Source: Nitrospirota bacterium (lineage in GTDB: Bacteria; JACPQY01). From it: DNA of 64,000 bases. Position 1 is the first letter of the stretch. Every line of letters starts with the position of its first letter. The position numbers and the translations under genes were made by a program. A model generated the notes under the pieces. It did not search any database. It was given only the letters and a program-made list of their open reading frames with translations, and was not told the origin of the DNA. This document shows positions 37,786-47,956 of the stretch, piece by piece. The stretch covers positions 1 to 64,000 of the forward strand of contig JACPAV010000028.1 in NCBI GenBank assembly GCA_016180645.1, read 5' to 3'.

Positions 37786-38508
37786 ATGGGAGCGAAAAAG
37801 ATCCACTACGAACTTCGAGATTCGGTCGCCGTGCTGCGGTTGGACGACGGGAAGGCCAATACGATCGAGTCCACTTTCCTTGCGGAACTCAACGCGTGCT
37901 TGGATCTGGCTTTGAAGGATGCCAAGGCCGTCCTCCTTGCCGGCCGTGAGGGGATTTTCAGCGCCGGGCTGGATCTAAAAATCCTGCCGACGCTCCCCAT
38001 GGATCAACTCAAGCCGTTTCTGCGGATGTTTGGGGAGACGATGCTCCGTGTCTGGCAGCATCCGAAGCCGGTTGTCGCCGCCATAACGGGCCATGCCATC
38101 GCGGGGGGCGCCGTGCTCGCCCTCGGATGTGATCGGAGGATCGGGGCACAGGGGCCGTTCAAGGTGGGCCTGAACGAAGTGGCTATCGGGATCGTACTTC
38201 CCCCGTATGTCGTGGCCATGGCGAAATCAGTTCTGCCCGAACCGGCATGGTCGGGCGCCATGCTGTTTGGCGATCTGTACGATCCGCTCACCGCGGTGGG
38301 GAAAGGCTACCTCGACCGGGCTCTGCCGGCGAGCCAGGTGTTCGATCAGGCCTTCGAAGATGCGAGGAGACTGGCAGGGTTACCCGAGCTTGCCTTCGCG
38401 ATGACGAAAAAAGCGATGCGTGGGCCGGCCGCCGAGACAGCGTGGGCCTTGGAGGAGTCCCACATCGACGCCTTCCTCCGCACCGGCCCCTTCGCGGGGA
38501 GACAGTGA
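37786..38508 (+). CDS. Crotonase/enoyl-CoA hydratase-isomerase
   Basis: DDGKAN, FSAGLDL, GHAIAGG, GLNEVAIG. Confidence 0.9.
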   Translation: MGAKKIHYELRDSVAVLRLDDGKANTIESTFLAELNACLDLALKDAKAVLLAGREGIFSAGLDLKILPTLPMDQLKPFLRMFGETMLRVWQHPKPVVAAITGHAIAGGAVLALGCDRRIGAQGPFKVGLNEVAIGIVLPPYVVAMAKSVLPEPAWSGAMLFGDLYDPLTAVGKGYLDRALPASQVFDQAFEDARRLAGLPELAFAMTKKAMRGPAAETAWALEESHIDAFLRTGPFAGRQ

Positions 38509-38542
38509 CGAAGCGTCAGGTCTTTGCCGGTCGGTCCTGAAG

Positions 38543-41500
38543 TCAGTTCTTCGGAAAGAAGGTACAGTCGCCCGTTGCGAGGCAGGGGTCGTCGGAGATT
38601 GATTTCCCGTCCGCCAGGAAAAATGCGGCGGCCTGCTGGAGGATGAAGTTGTCCACGTTGAACTCTTTGCTCGGATTCGACGGACCGAAGCAATGCTGGC
38701 CGGTGGACCGCATGTAGGGAATCCGCATTCCGGAGACGCCGTTACGCGTCGATTTCGTCGCCCGCAACGGAGACTGACCCTTCGCCCTCAAATCAGGGGC
38801 CTTGTACTTGTCCGTCCCGTTGTCGAGGTCGTCCAGATCGAATAGGATTTCTCTGTCATCATTCCAAGGCGGACCTGCGAACAGTTTGAGTCGTTCGGCT
38901 CCCTGGGCGACGCCATTCCTCAGAATCACTTCGTTCTCGGTGAGTCCGCCGTACTCCGCCTTGGGCGAGAGCACGTCGATAATCCCCGCTGCGCGCGCGA
39001 TGTTGACGCCCGTGCCGATCGGGACGTTCATGTCTCCCACGGTGTTCACGACGAGGACGGGAACCGCCCAATCGTCCCTGGGAATGTCCTTTTCGTAACT
39101 GAAGTCGAGAGGTGACTGGAAGTAATGGGGGGCGTAAGCGACGGGATCGCCGGGGTCGATGGCGGTCTGGGCGATGGAAACGAAACGGCGGAAATCGGGG
39201 CGGTTCCGTTTGAATCCGTATCCGGAGTGGAGCGCCACGAGCCGGCTCCCGGCTTCGTATCGGGCTCCCTGAAATACGAAGGGGCTTTCCACGCGCCGGA
39301 AGGTGGCTTTCCGATCGGAACAGGGCGCGGTTCGAAAGTCTGGGCCGGGACACACGCGAACTTCCCACGCATCACCGGCGAGGAGGGATTCATCCGTATC
39401 GAGAGAAGGCGTTTCCTCGGGAGGCTTGACCTTTCCCAAAGTTCCGAGCAGATGACGTTTTTCCGAACCGTTCAACGCATCGGAGGCTACGGCCAGCCGA
39501 AATCTCCGAGTGGACGGGACGATCTGCCAGTCCCATTCGCCGTTGGTGAGGTTGTGGAGCTCCACGCGGTCGCCGGGCTGAATCTGATCGGTGACGAGAA
39601 ACGGGAGGTGAGCCTGTAGATATATGTTGAGAGCAAGGTGCTTGATTTCGATCCGTCCATCCGACGTGGGGTTTCCGGAAATCATCGGTCCGAAGAGCGG
39701 CATATAGATGGCTTCGATTGCGCGGGGCTGCACGGTGCGGATGGCAACGTCGGCCAGACCGGCGGCGCCGGACATCGGGGCGGAGGCCACGAGCGCGGGT
39801 TCGATGCCGCTCATGAGGCCGGAGGTGATTCCGCCCAATGAACAACCGGTCATGTAGTATTTTCGCCCCATTCCGACCGGACCGCCGAAATCCACCCTCC
39901 CGTCGCCGTTGAAATCGCCCGCGATCTCCGGTAAGCCGTCGCCGTCGAGGTCCTGCTTTGATCGGGCCGCTCCGTCCCACGATCGCATGATCCGCACGAG
40001 CTGGAGGTAGTCCACCATGGTTTGCCGAAGGGCGTCTCGCGTGTGGAACAGGTCCGGCGTGAAAAGGTCGCCGGCCGATTCGGCGAAGCCATCGTTGTTC
40101 AGGTCGCGTGCGCGGCCTTTGAGAATCACGTTGTCGAAGAAGGGTTCCATCGCCAGGCCTTTGAGCAGAGCTCGAATGGTTTCGAGGTTGATCGGGAGAT
40201 TGGCGCTTTCGCCGAGAATGACGGCCATCCCGCTGCTGAACGCATCCACGCCACAGGTTGCGAATCCATGTTCGGCCATCGGTCCCATCTGGAGAATCGC
40301 GGCGATTCTCGAACCCCCGTAGCCATGAGGAAGGAATACGAGGGGAAAGGGCTGCGAGCGTCCCTCCTTTTCCTTCGGAACGGCGCAGAAGAACATGCCA
40401 CGCCCTCGCCCCACCGTGGCTCGTCCCGCCGGCGCGTCAATATCGAACACCTCATCCTCGTCCGCGGGGTAGTCTTTTTCGGCGATGCCGTCTTTGTCCA
40501 CCATGAAATCGGGACTGAGATGCGTTCCCGCGATGAAATAGTCGATGGAGTCCCATGGGCGGAAAAACTCCTCGAGGAAACCTTCGGTGTCCGGCGTGTC
40601 GACGAAAAACTTCAAGATATCCGGATAGCCCTTCGCGATGCTGTCGAAGAGGCCGCGGAGCGTAGAGGCGGGCATCCGATGGACGTTGGTTACACCGAGT
40701 GAGGAGTTTGGACGGCTGAAGAGCGGATCGATTTCGTATTCGGCGGGAAATGCCGTACTGAGCCATGCCATTGGGCCGTGACCGTAGAGGCCGGCGCGGA
40801 TGAGCTCCATCTCGCCGGTGGCATCCTGCGTGGTGAAGGGCCAGGCGAAAGCGACATCGGACAGGGAAATCCCGAGGTTGGCGCGGTCACCCGTTCCCGG
40901 CACGGTGGCGACGGAAAGGGCCTCCGGGAGGGCTGTGAGCGAGGGAGTCTGGTTGGCGTGATTGATGTAGCGGAAGGGGGAGCGGATTGGATTCCCATCG
41001 GCGCCCAGGAGACGCCGGGTGAGGACGACCGCGTAGGTCGTCCGCTGATCGAGCGGCAGGACAGGGCGGGCCACCAAAGTGTTGGTTTCCCGCTCGTAGA
41101 AGGCCAGCAGTTCATGATCCTGATCCACGGGGCGTTTTGAGGGATCCCAAACGTTCGGGTGATCGAGGACGCCGTCGAAATCCACATCCTCTCCTTCGTC
41201 GAGAATCCCATTGCCGTTGCGGTCCTCTTCCTGAGTATCGAACAGCAAGTTGCTGGCGAAGCGTTTGGGATCGTTTTCAAAGATGCCGAAGGGATCGTCG
41301 GCGTCTTTCTTCTTTTCGTCGATCAGGACCGGGAAATTCCCCTGCCCAAGTTCGAGCGGGATGAGGCGGCCGAAATTCGGCGAGCGCTTTTCGATGTTGA
41401 TGAGATAGATCAGATCGTCGGTGAAATCGTTGTCGGCGATGTGGTGTTGGGCGAAAAGAGTGAGGTCGAGCGGCGCGGAGAAGCGCACGCTGATCGGGCC

Positions 41501-41800
41501 GAAAGTGCTGAACCCGGAAAGCCTGTTCGCTTCGAGGCGGACGCCGCGCTCGAGGTCGGTGGGAGCGTCGAGAGAGAGGGATACTCGTCGTCCGGTAGGA
41601 CTTGAAGGGTCGATGCGCGTGGCGATGTCGTTCGGAAACGGGATTTCAGGGAGCGGCTCGTTGAAGAGGTCGAAAATGACGCGCGGACCCGGGCCCTCCT
41701 CCGCATCGAGCAAGCCATTCGGCTGGCCGGCACAGCGGAACAAAGCCAGGAACAGGGTGCTGAGGAAGAGAGCTGACCGGTGAGTGCTGATGGCTGTTCG
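38543..41800 (-). CDS. Large lipase-like alpha/beta-hydrolase lipoprotein (start codon unresolved)
   Basis: PFPND N-terminus, HGYGG, GCSLGG nucleophile elbow, DxNxDG repeats; paralog of 54218-57652. Confidence 0.75.
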   Translation of the reverse strand, partial: RTAISTHRSALFLSTLFLALFRCAGQPNGLLDAEEGPGPRVIFDLFNEPLPEIPFPNDIATRIDPSSPTGRRVSLSLDAPTDLERGVRLEANRLSGFSTFGPISVRFSAPLDLTLFAQHHIADNDFTDDLIYLINIEKRSPNFGRLIPLELGQGNFPVLIDEKKKDADDPFGIFENDPKRFASNLLFDTQEEDRNGNGILDEGEDVDFDGVLDHPNVWDPSKRPVDQDHELLAFYERETNTLVARPVLPLDQRTTYAVVLTRRLLGADGNPIRSPFRYINHANQTPSLTALPEALSVATVPGTGDRANLGISLSDVAFAWPFTTQDATGEMELIRAGLYGHGPMAWLSTAFPAEYEIDPLFSRPNSSLGVTNVHRMPASTLRGLFDSIAKGYPDILKFFVDTPDTEGFLEEFFRPWDSIDYFIAGTHLSPDFMVDKDGIAEKDYPADEDEVFDIDAPAGRATVGRGRGMFFCAVPKEKEGRSQPFPLVFLPHGYGGSRIAAILQMGPMAEHGFATCGVDAFSSGMAVILGESANLPINLETIRALLKGLAMEPFFDNVILKGRARDLNNDGFAESAGDLFTPDLFHTRDALRQTMVDYLQLVRIMRSWDGAARSKQDLDGDGLPEIAGDFNGDGRVDFGGPVGMGRKYYMTGCSLGGITSGLMSGIEPALVASAPMSGAAGLADVAIRTVQPRAIEAIYMPLFGPMISGNPTSDGRIEIKHLALNIYLQAHLPFLVTDQIQPGDRVELHNLTNGEWDWQIVPSTRRFRLAVASDALNGSEKRHLLGTLGKVKPPEETPSLDTDESLLAGDAWEVRVCPGPDFRTAPCSDRKATFRRVESPFVFQGARYEAGSRLVALHSGYGFKRNRPDFRRFVSIAQTAIDPGDPVAYAPHYFQSPLDFSYEKDIPRDDWAVPVLVVNTVGDMNVPIGTGVNIARAAGIIDVLSPKAEYGGLTENEVILRNGVAQGAERLKLFAGPPWNDDREILFDLDDLDNGTDKYKAPDLRAKGQSPLRATKSTRNGVSGMRIPYMRSTGQHCFGPSNPSKEFNVDNFILQQAAAFFLADGKSISDDPCLATGDCTFFPKN

Positions 41801-42136
41801 CTATCTTAACTTTGCCCCGAGACCCCAGACGTGCACGCAGAACTTCTGGTAGACGAGGTAATTGTGAAACTCCACTTCCGTTCGAGGCTCAAGAATGAAA
41901 TCAGCGCTCTTCGATTCGAGGGCGTTCTTGTACGCTTCCATCGCGCTGGCAGGGTCAATGTGGAGAATGTAGAGAATCGACTTGCCGCACTCGCTTCCGT
42001 AAACGGGGCCGACGATGGAGTATGTTTCAGGAGTGAGTTGGTGCTGCTGAAGTCCGACGACGATGTTGGGCGCCGCCGCCCGGAACGTTCCGCAGCCGGC
42101 CAGGAAGATCGTGGCGAAGAGAATCGCTTTGCGCAT
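41801..42136 (-). CDS. Small lipoprotein (TRL-like)
   Basis: Lipobox LAGC; GPVYGSECGKSILY. Confidence 0.65.
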   Translation of the reverse strand: MRKAILFATIFLAGCGTFRAAAPNIVVGLQQHQLTPETYSIVGPVYGSECGKSILYILHIDPASAMEAYKNALESKSADFILEPRTEVEFHNYLVYQKFCVHVWGLGAKLR

Positions 42137-42196
42137 GGGATTCAGGCTACACGCTCGCCCTCTCCAAATCAACGCCATGGCGTTAGAATACCGGCG

Positions 42197-42799
42197 ATGA
42201 AACTGAATCGCTGGGAATTCCTGATGATGAACAATCCGCTGCGGGAAGCCTCACAGCGGCTCGAGTGGCGTTTCATCAAGGGCAAGGCGGAGATCGGCCC
42301 GGTGGAGCGGGTCTTGGAGGTTGGATGCGGGCGTGGCGTGGGCGCGCAGATTGCGCTGCGCGATTTCGATCCGAGGGAATACGCGGGAATCGATCTGGAC
42401 GAGAGAATGGTTTCGTTGGCGCGGCAACGCGTGAAGGATTCGAGAGCTCGATTCGAAGTGGCCTCGGCGACGGCCCTCCCGTTTGCTTCAAAGCAATTCG
42501 ATGTAGCCCTCGATTTCGGGATCATCCATCACATCCCCGACTATCCGAAAGCTCTGGCGGAAATCTACCGTGTACTGAAACCAGGCGGGCGATTCCTCCT
42601 GGAGGACTTGACCATCGATTTCTTCAATTTCGCTCCCACGAAAATTCTGAAATACGTCCTCGATCATCCGTACGACGAAATGTTCACAGCGGAACAATTC
42701 CGTGGGGCCTGCCGGAAGGCCGGCTTTCGAGAAGAGCGATGGCGCAGTCCCCGCGGGCTTTTCATTCTTGCCCACCTGGCCAAACCCTCCAACAAGTAA
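42197..42799 (+). CDS. Class I SAM-dependent methyltransferase
   Basis: VLEVGCGRG, LPFASKQFD, RVLKPGG. Confidence 0.9.
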   Translation: MKLNRWEFLMMNNPLREASQRLEWRFIKGKAEIGPVERVLEVGCGRGVGAQIALRDFDPREYAGIDLDERMVSLARQRVKDSRARFEVASATALPFASKQFDVALDFGIIHHIPDYPKALAEIYRVLKPGGRFLLEDLTIDFFNFAPTKILKYVLDHPYDEMFTAEQFRGACRKAGFREERWRSPRGLFILAHLAKPSNK

Positions 42800-42941
42800 C
42801 AGGAAACCTCGCTCGCGAATCCGCCGGATTGCGATTTGACTTGAATGAGCACGGGCCTAGAATGTGGACCTCACAGCTCCACATCACGCGGCATAGCCGA
42901 CGCTGATCGGGGGAGGTTATTCGGCGAAGGGAGAGGAAAAC

Positions 42942-44222
42942 ATGGGACGAGGAATGGGCAAGGTAGTCACGCTCGGGTTCGGAGTATTGGCGTGGGCGGG
43001 CCTGTCCGCTTGCGGCGAGGATGACGGCTGCACGCCGGCCGCGGCCGGTGGGAACTGCATCCAGGTCGGGACGGGCGCAGACGTTCAACGCGACCTCCAA
43101 TCGGCGTTTATCAAGGCGAAGCGCGGGGACACCGTTGAACTCGGCGAGGGAACATTCAATCTGACCCTGGGGCTGACTCTGGATGCGAGCGACGTTACGG
43201 TTCGCGGGAAGGGGATGGATAAGACGATCCTTTCCTTCAAGAGTCAGGAGGCCGGCGCGGAGGGCATTCACGCGACGGGCGACAGCCTGGTCTTCGAGGA
43301 TTTCTCGATCCAGGACACGAAGGGCGATGCGTTGAAGGTGGAGGGGGCCAATGGAGTGACGTTCCGTCGGATGAAGGTGGAATGGACGGGCGGTCCACTG
43401 GCTTCGAATGGGGCCTACGGACTCTATCCCGTGCAATGCACCCATGTGCTGGTCGAGGATTCCGTGGCCATCGGAGCGTCCGATGCCGGCATTTACGTGG
43501 GGCAGTCGAACAACATCATCGTTCGCCGGAGTCGGGCCGAGTACAACGTGGCGGGTATCGAAATCGAGAATTCGCGAAACGCCGACGTGTACGACAACGA
43601 AGCTCGGAACAACGCCGGGGGCATTCTGGTATTCGATCTTCCGGGACTCCAAGTGAAAGACGGCGGGAACGTCCGGGTCTACAACAACAGGTCCATCCAG
43701 AACAATACGAAAAACTTTGCGCCCGCGGGGAACATTGTGGCGATGGTTCCCAAAGGCACCGGCATGCTGGTGATGGCGAACGACAACGTGGAGATTTTCG
43801 GGAACACGATCCAGGACAACGACACGGCGCAACTGGCTGTGATCAGCTATTGGGTCACTCAGCTCGCGTTCAAGGACATGGATGCCGTCTACGATCCGTA
43901 TCCGGTGAAGACCTTCATCCACGACAACACCTTCATCGGAGGCGGGGGGAACCCGGACATCACGAAGGAAATCGGCATTGGCATGAAGGTCCTCTTCGGG
44001 AGCGAGGCGGTGCCGGACATCCTTTACGATGGCATCAAAGATCCCGCCCGATCGTCCATGGAGATCTGCCTCCAAAATAATACGGATGGGGGCTTTGCGG
44101 ACTTGCAACTTAATCCCAACGATATCCTCGACCTGTCCGCCGACCGTGTAATCCGCGACGTGGCGGCGTTCACGTGCAGTCGATCGGCGCTTCCGGCCGT
44201 ATCGATCCCCGGCGTACAGTAG
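42942..44222 (+). CDS. Parallel beta-helix lipoprotein
   Basis: Lipobox LSAC; NGAYGLYPV, GASDAGIYVGQS, NVAGIEIENS. Confidence 0.88.
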   Translation: MGRGMGKVVTLGFGVLAWAGLSACGEDDGCTPAAAGGNCIQVGTGADVQRDLQSAFIKAKRGDTVELGEGTFNLTLGLTLDASDVTVRGKGMDKTILSFKSQEAGAEGIHATGDSLVFEDFSIQDTKGDALKVEGANGVTFRRMKVEWTGGPLASNGAYGLYPVQCTHVLVEDSVAIGASDAGIYVGQSNNIIVRRSRAEYNVAGIEIENSRNADVYDNEARNNAGGILVFDLPGLQVKDGGNVRVYNNRSIQNNTKNFAPAGNIVAMVPKGTGMLVMANDNVEIFGNTIQDNDTAQLAVISYWVTQLAFKDMDAVYDPYPVKTFIHDNTFIGGGGNPDITKEIGIGMKVLFGSEAVPDILYDGIKDPARSSMEICLQNNTDGGFADLQLNPNDILDLSADRVIRDVAAFTCSRSALPAVSIPGVQ

Positions 44223-44234
44223 GCGGAGCGGGAA

Positions 44235-45329
44235 TTGGGAAATCGTTGGCGGCTGGGCACGGTGCTCGTCATTCCAGCTGCGGTGTGTGTCGCGGCTCTC
44301 CAAGGCTGCTCAACGGAGAGCAGCGAGTCGACCGTTCAGGTCCATTTGAACCGCGAGACGCCGGTAAGACTTTCGTCCTACCGTTTCTTCGTGGGCCGCA
44401 TGGCTGATTTCCAGCCGAACGAAGGCGTGGTCCCATACGATCTCAACACGCCGCTCTTCTCGGACTACACGCACAAGAGACGATTCGTGTGGATACCTCC
44501 TGGCTCGAGCGCCGCGTACGCCGAGAACGGGCCCTTGGAACTCCCCATCGGCACCGTTGTCGTCAAAACATTTTCCTACCTGAACGACATGGGCGACCCA
44601 TCCGCCGGAGAGCGAATCATCGAGACGCGGTTGTTGGTGCGGACGGCTTCGGGTTGGGAACCGCGAGTTTATGTTTGGAACGAAGCGCAAACGGAAGCGG
44701 AGTTGGATCAAGCGGGAAGCATCTTCGAAGCGAATTGGGTCCACTCCGATGGGGAGTCGAAGACCAATCGCTACATCATTCCCGATGCGAACAAATGCAA
44801 GTCGTGCCACGTGACCGGGAAGACCGTGACGCTCATCGGCCTGAAGGCAGCCAATCTCAATCGCGACTACGACTACGCGGAAGGTCGGGAAAATCAGCTC
44901 GATTATTGGGCGCGGGTGGGGGCCTTGAGCGGCCTGCCATCCGTCAGTCAGGTTCAGAAACTTCCAGTGTGGGATGATTCCAAGTCATACTCGCCCGCCG
45001 ATCGGGCGCGTGCGTGGCTCGATGTCCAATGCGCGCACTGCCACAATCCGGAAGGCCCGGCCCGTACGTCGGCCCTGGATCTCCGATACCTCCAAGTCGA
45101 TCCGATTCAGTTTGGCGTGTGCAAGCCGCCGGTTGCGGCTGGACGCGGCGCGGGAGACAAACTCTTCGACATCGTTCCCGGCCGTCCGGACGATTCCATC
45201 CTTGTTTTTCGCATCGAATCGACCGAGCCGGGAATCCAGATGCCGGAACTCCCTATCAAGCTGGTTCATCAAGAGGGCGCCGCCCTCGTCCGCGAGTGGA
45301 TTACCGGCCTCTCCGGCTCGTGCAAGTGA
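44235..45329 (+). CDS. SO2930-family diheme c-type cytochrome lipoprotein
   Basis: YDLNTPLFSDY, CKSCH, CAHCH; usual partner of the beta-helix gene. Confidence 0.85.
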   Translation: MGNRWRLGTVLVIPAAVCVAALQGCSTESSESTVQVHLNRETPVRLSSYRFFVGRMADFQPNEGVVPYDLNTPLFSDYTHKRRFVWIPPGSSAAYAENGPLELPIGTVVVKTFSYLNDMGDPSAGERIIETRLLVRTASGWEPRVYVWNEAQTEAELDQAGSIFEANWVHSDGESKTNRYIIPDANKCKSCHVTGKTVTLIGLKAANLNRDYDYAEGRENQLDYWARVGALSGLPSVSQVQKLPVWDDSKSYSPADRARAWLDVQCAHCHNPEGPARTSALDLRYLQVDPIQFGVCKPPVAAGRGAGDKLFDIVPGRPDDSILVFRIESTEPGIQMPELPIKLVHQEGAALVREWITGLSGSCK

Positions 45330-45366
45330 GGGCCTCAAACCGAAGGGGAACCCGCTGCTGGATCTC

Positions 45367-45433
45367 CGCAGGCATGAAGCCTGCGCCTACCACGGATCCG
45401 AAATGCTGGTAGCCGCGGGCTTTAGCCCGCGTC
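45367..45433. repeat. GTAG-type REP doublet (left)
   Basis: CGCAGGCATGAAGCCTGCGCCTACC-16 nt-GGTAGCCGCGGGCTTTAGCCCGCGTC. Confidence 0.85.
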
Positions 45434-45439
45434 CCACGG

Positions 45440-46111
45440 TCAAGCAAGCTCTATCTCCTCGAACGAATCGACGATCTGATCTGCTCCTCCCAGCAGGTCG
45501 CGCCGGTAGGTGGTGGTGAGCGCAATGCACCCCATTCCTGCCCGCCGTGCCGCTTCGATTCCGTTGGGGGAGTCCTCGATCACGATGCATTCTTTGGGGG
45601 CAGTTGCGAGTTTTGCCGCAGCGTGAAGGAAGAGATCGGGGGCCGGCTTCCCCACGTTGCCCACATCCGCCACGGAGTAAACGTGACCGCTGAAACGGCG
45701 CCGCAAACCCAGCTTGGCATCTACCATACCCAGGAGCGAAATCTCCATGGCCGTCGCCACGCAGGTTTTGAAGCCATTCCGCACTTCCGCGAAGAAGGCC
45801 TCGAAACCTTGAACGTAGGAAATCTCGTTTTGGAAGAGGGTGCGGATGATTTTCACGCGCTCTTGTGCAATCTCCTCGGGTGTTTCGGGCAGGGCGTAAG
45901 CCTCTTTCATGACCACCGCGCCCGCGAGGATGGACTGCCCGGACATCCGATGCTTCAGCCGCTCCCTCTCGTATGGGAGCCCGCGCCCCGCAAAGAAGAT
46001 CTCTTGTCCCCGGTCCCAGAGTTTCTCGCTGTCGATGATCACTCCGTCCAGATCAAAAAGGATCGCTCGAAGGCTTTTCACGGATTGACGTTGCGTTTCA
46101 GAGGGCGTCAT
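45440..46111 (-). CDS. HAD-family phosphatase
   Basis: [24 protein letters not shown]. Confidence 0.92.
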   Translation of the reverse strand: MTPSETQRQSVKSLRAILFDLDGVIIDSEKLWDRGQEIFFAGRGLPYERERLKHRMSGQSILAGAVVMKEAYALPETPEEIAQERVKIIRTLFQNEISYVQGFEAFFAEVRNGFKTCVATAMEISLLGMVDAKLGLRRRFSGHVYSVADVGNVGKPAPDLFLHAAAKLATAPKECIVIEDSPNGIEAARRAGMGCIALTTTYRRDLLGGADQIVDSFEEIELA

Positions 46112-46151
46112 TCCCCGCGGGCTGGCGGGGAATCCAGGAGGATTGAGACTC

Positions 46152-46325
46152 CTATCTCTTCTTTCCCTTTTTCTTCAAGAACTCTTCAATTTCACTCTGG
46201 AGCTTGGCCGACGCGGGATGGCACTGGCACTTCCTGTTATGTGCAACATGCCACCGCATCCTCTCCTCGTGGGTGGGGTTCTTCGGCATCTTGTTCGCCA
46301 GATGCCAGACTTTGTTGATCTTCAT
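46152..46325 (-). CDS. Small His/Cys-containing hypothetical protein
   Basis: [12 protein letters not shown]...[21 protein letters not shown]. Confidence 0.6.
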   Translation of the reverse strand: MKINKVWHLANKMPKNPTHEERMRWHVAHNRKCQCHPASAKLQSEIEEFLKKKGKKR

Positions 46326-46386
46326 GGGCGCTCCGCGAGGCTGAGGAGATGGTTTGACTGCTCGCGCCGCTTGGCCAAGGCGACGC

Positions 46387-46842
46387 CTACTCCACTGGGG
46401 GCAGCACATCCAGAGTGCCCATGATCGTGGCGGACTCGGCCATTCGGCGGTCAAACGTGATCAGCGTATGTGCGCCTGAACCGGTCGCCAACGCGATGTG
46501 GAGGGCATCGGCCGCTCGCAGAGACTGGCTCGTGCCCAGGGTCATCAAGAACTGTTCGGCGCGACGATGGGTGTCCGGAGTCAGATCCAGGTGTTGGTAC
46601 TGTCCATCACGCAGGTCGCGAATGAGGCGCTGGTAGACTCGTCCCGCGTCCCGCGCGGACAGGTGAGACTGGCGAACTCTTCGCCATATCGCGGACGTCG
46701 CCTCCGTGATGCTGAGGTCGGAGACGAGGAGGTCGGTCCGGCCTTCGAGGGCGTCCTCCAGTTCGTCGCTGCCGGATTCCGACACGTAGATTTTGATGAG
46801 GGCGCTTGTGTCGAGGTAGACGGGACTAGAGACGATCTTCAC
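46387..46842 (-). CDS. vapC: PIN-domain toxin
   Basis: YLDTSALIK...LRAADALHIA...ITFDRRM. Confidence 0.9.
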   Translation of the reverse strand: MKIVSSPVYLDTSALIKIYVSESGSDELEDALEGRTDLLVSDLSITEATSAIWRRVRQSHLSARDAGRVYQRLIRDLRDGQYQHLDLTPDTHRRAEQFLMTLGTSQSLRAADALHIALATGSGAHTLITFDRRMAESATIMGTLDVLPPVE

Positions 46843-47062
46843 GTTCCTTGGCCACGGTTGCCGAAAGCGGGGGGCCCTTCAGCGGAACGGTTTTGCGGAA
46901 CTGGCGATGGCTGCGGAAGGGACGGCGTGAGCCGTCCGTCGGACGGACGAGTCGGGCGACCGGCCTTCCCCGATCCGTGAGCAGCACCTCCCGTCCTTTC
47001 GCCACCTCTCGGATCAGCGTGGTGATGTTCTGCCGCGCTTCCCGGATGCCCGCAACCTTCAT
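46826..47062 (-). CDS. Phd/YefM-family antitoxin
   Basis: GIREARQNITTLIREVAKGREVLLTDRGRPVARL. Confidence 0.88.
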   Translation of the reverse strand: MKVAGIREARQNITTLIREVAKGREVLLTDRGRPVARLVRPTDGSRRPFRSHRQFRKTVPLKGPPLSATVAKEREDRL

Positions 47063-47068
47063 GAGACC

Positions 47069-47097
47069 AATGTGCTACAAGTAGAACATTTTGTCAA
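47069..47097 (-). promoter_or_regulatory. TA promoter with overlapping palindromic operator
   Basis: TTGACA-17 nt-CACATT, 6 nt before ATG; AATGTGCTAC-AA-GTAGAACATT palindrome at 47069-47090. Confidence 0.75.
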
Positions 47098-47243
47098 ACG
47101 CCGTTCGGCCCCGCCGCCGGCCCTCACGGCCACGGGAACATCAATGAAAGTTCCGCCCCCGAGCCCCACAAATAAATCGAGATGTGATAACGAAAGACCC
47201 GGCCCCATGACTTGAATAAGAGCCTCCAACAGAATGCCGATTC

Positions 47244-47360
47244 GTAGGGGAGCATCTTCAGATGCTCCCTCTTGTCCTTGCCTCCTCGTAGGGGAGCACC
47301 TTCAGGTGCTCCCTCTTGGTTGCTCCCTCTTGTCGGGAGGGTCTGAAGACCCTCCCCTAC
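47244..47360. repeat. Three GTAG-type REPs (same family as 30865-30921)
   Basis: GTAGGGGAGCATCTTCAGATGCTCCC, GTAGGGGAGCACCTTCAGGTGCTCCC, inverted GGGAGGGTCTGAAGACCCTCCCCTAC. Confidence 0.85.
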
Positions 47361-47389
47361 GCATTCCATACGTGTTGACATCTTGGACC

Positions 47390-47791
47390 TCAACGGGGGT
47401 GGGTGCTCACCAAGCGGCGGACGGTGTGGATGTAGTCTCCGACGGCGCGGAGGTCGCGTTCGATCAGCTTGGCCGAAATATAGTCCATGTACCCGGCCTG
47501 GACGTGGAGCCTCGAATGAAATCGGGCGAATTTCTCCAAAATGTCGGCTTTCTTGATCTCAGGATACTTCTTCTCCAATCCGGCGAGCTCCTCCTCCTTC
47601 CGGCGAGTACCTGAAGTGATCTTTTTCCCGCGATGCGCCAGTAGGGCGTTCGTCGCCCGGTGAGCTGCCAGCCATCCTTTTTCAGCCGCCTGGATCAAAT
47701 CGGCCTCTTCCATGCCGTTCCGTCGGGCGGCATTGAATTCCTCCGAAGCTTTCTTCTGGAGCCGTTCAGCGAGAAGCAGAAGTTTGTTCAT
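47390..47791 (-). CDS. HEPN/PaREP1-like protein
   Basis: QAAEKGWLAA...ATNALL...RFHSRLHVQAGY. Confidence 0.65.
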   Translation of the reverse strand: MNKLLLLAERLQKKASEEFNAARRNGMEEADLIQAAEKGWLAAHRATNALLAHRGKKITSGTRRKEEELAGLEKKYPEIKKADILEKFARFHSRLHVQAGYMDYISAKLIERDLRAVGDYIHTVRRLVSTHPR

Positions 47792-47956
47792 GTCTCATTC
47801 CTATTCTACGCCGATAGCCGGATCGCTCAACGCGCGGCCCGGAAGTGTCGGTATGATTTCCCGGTTCGGCAGAGTGCTCATATCCTCTGGAAAGATTGTA
47901 GGAGAAGGTGGGGGGAAGTCAATGTGGGGAAGCGGCTGTTCTGTCCCCAGGAATCC

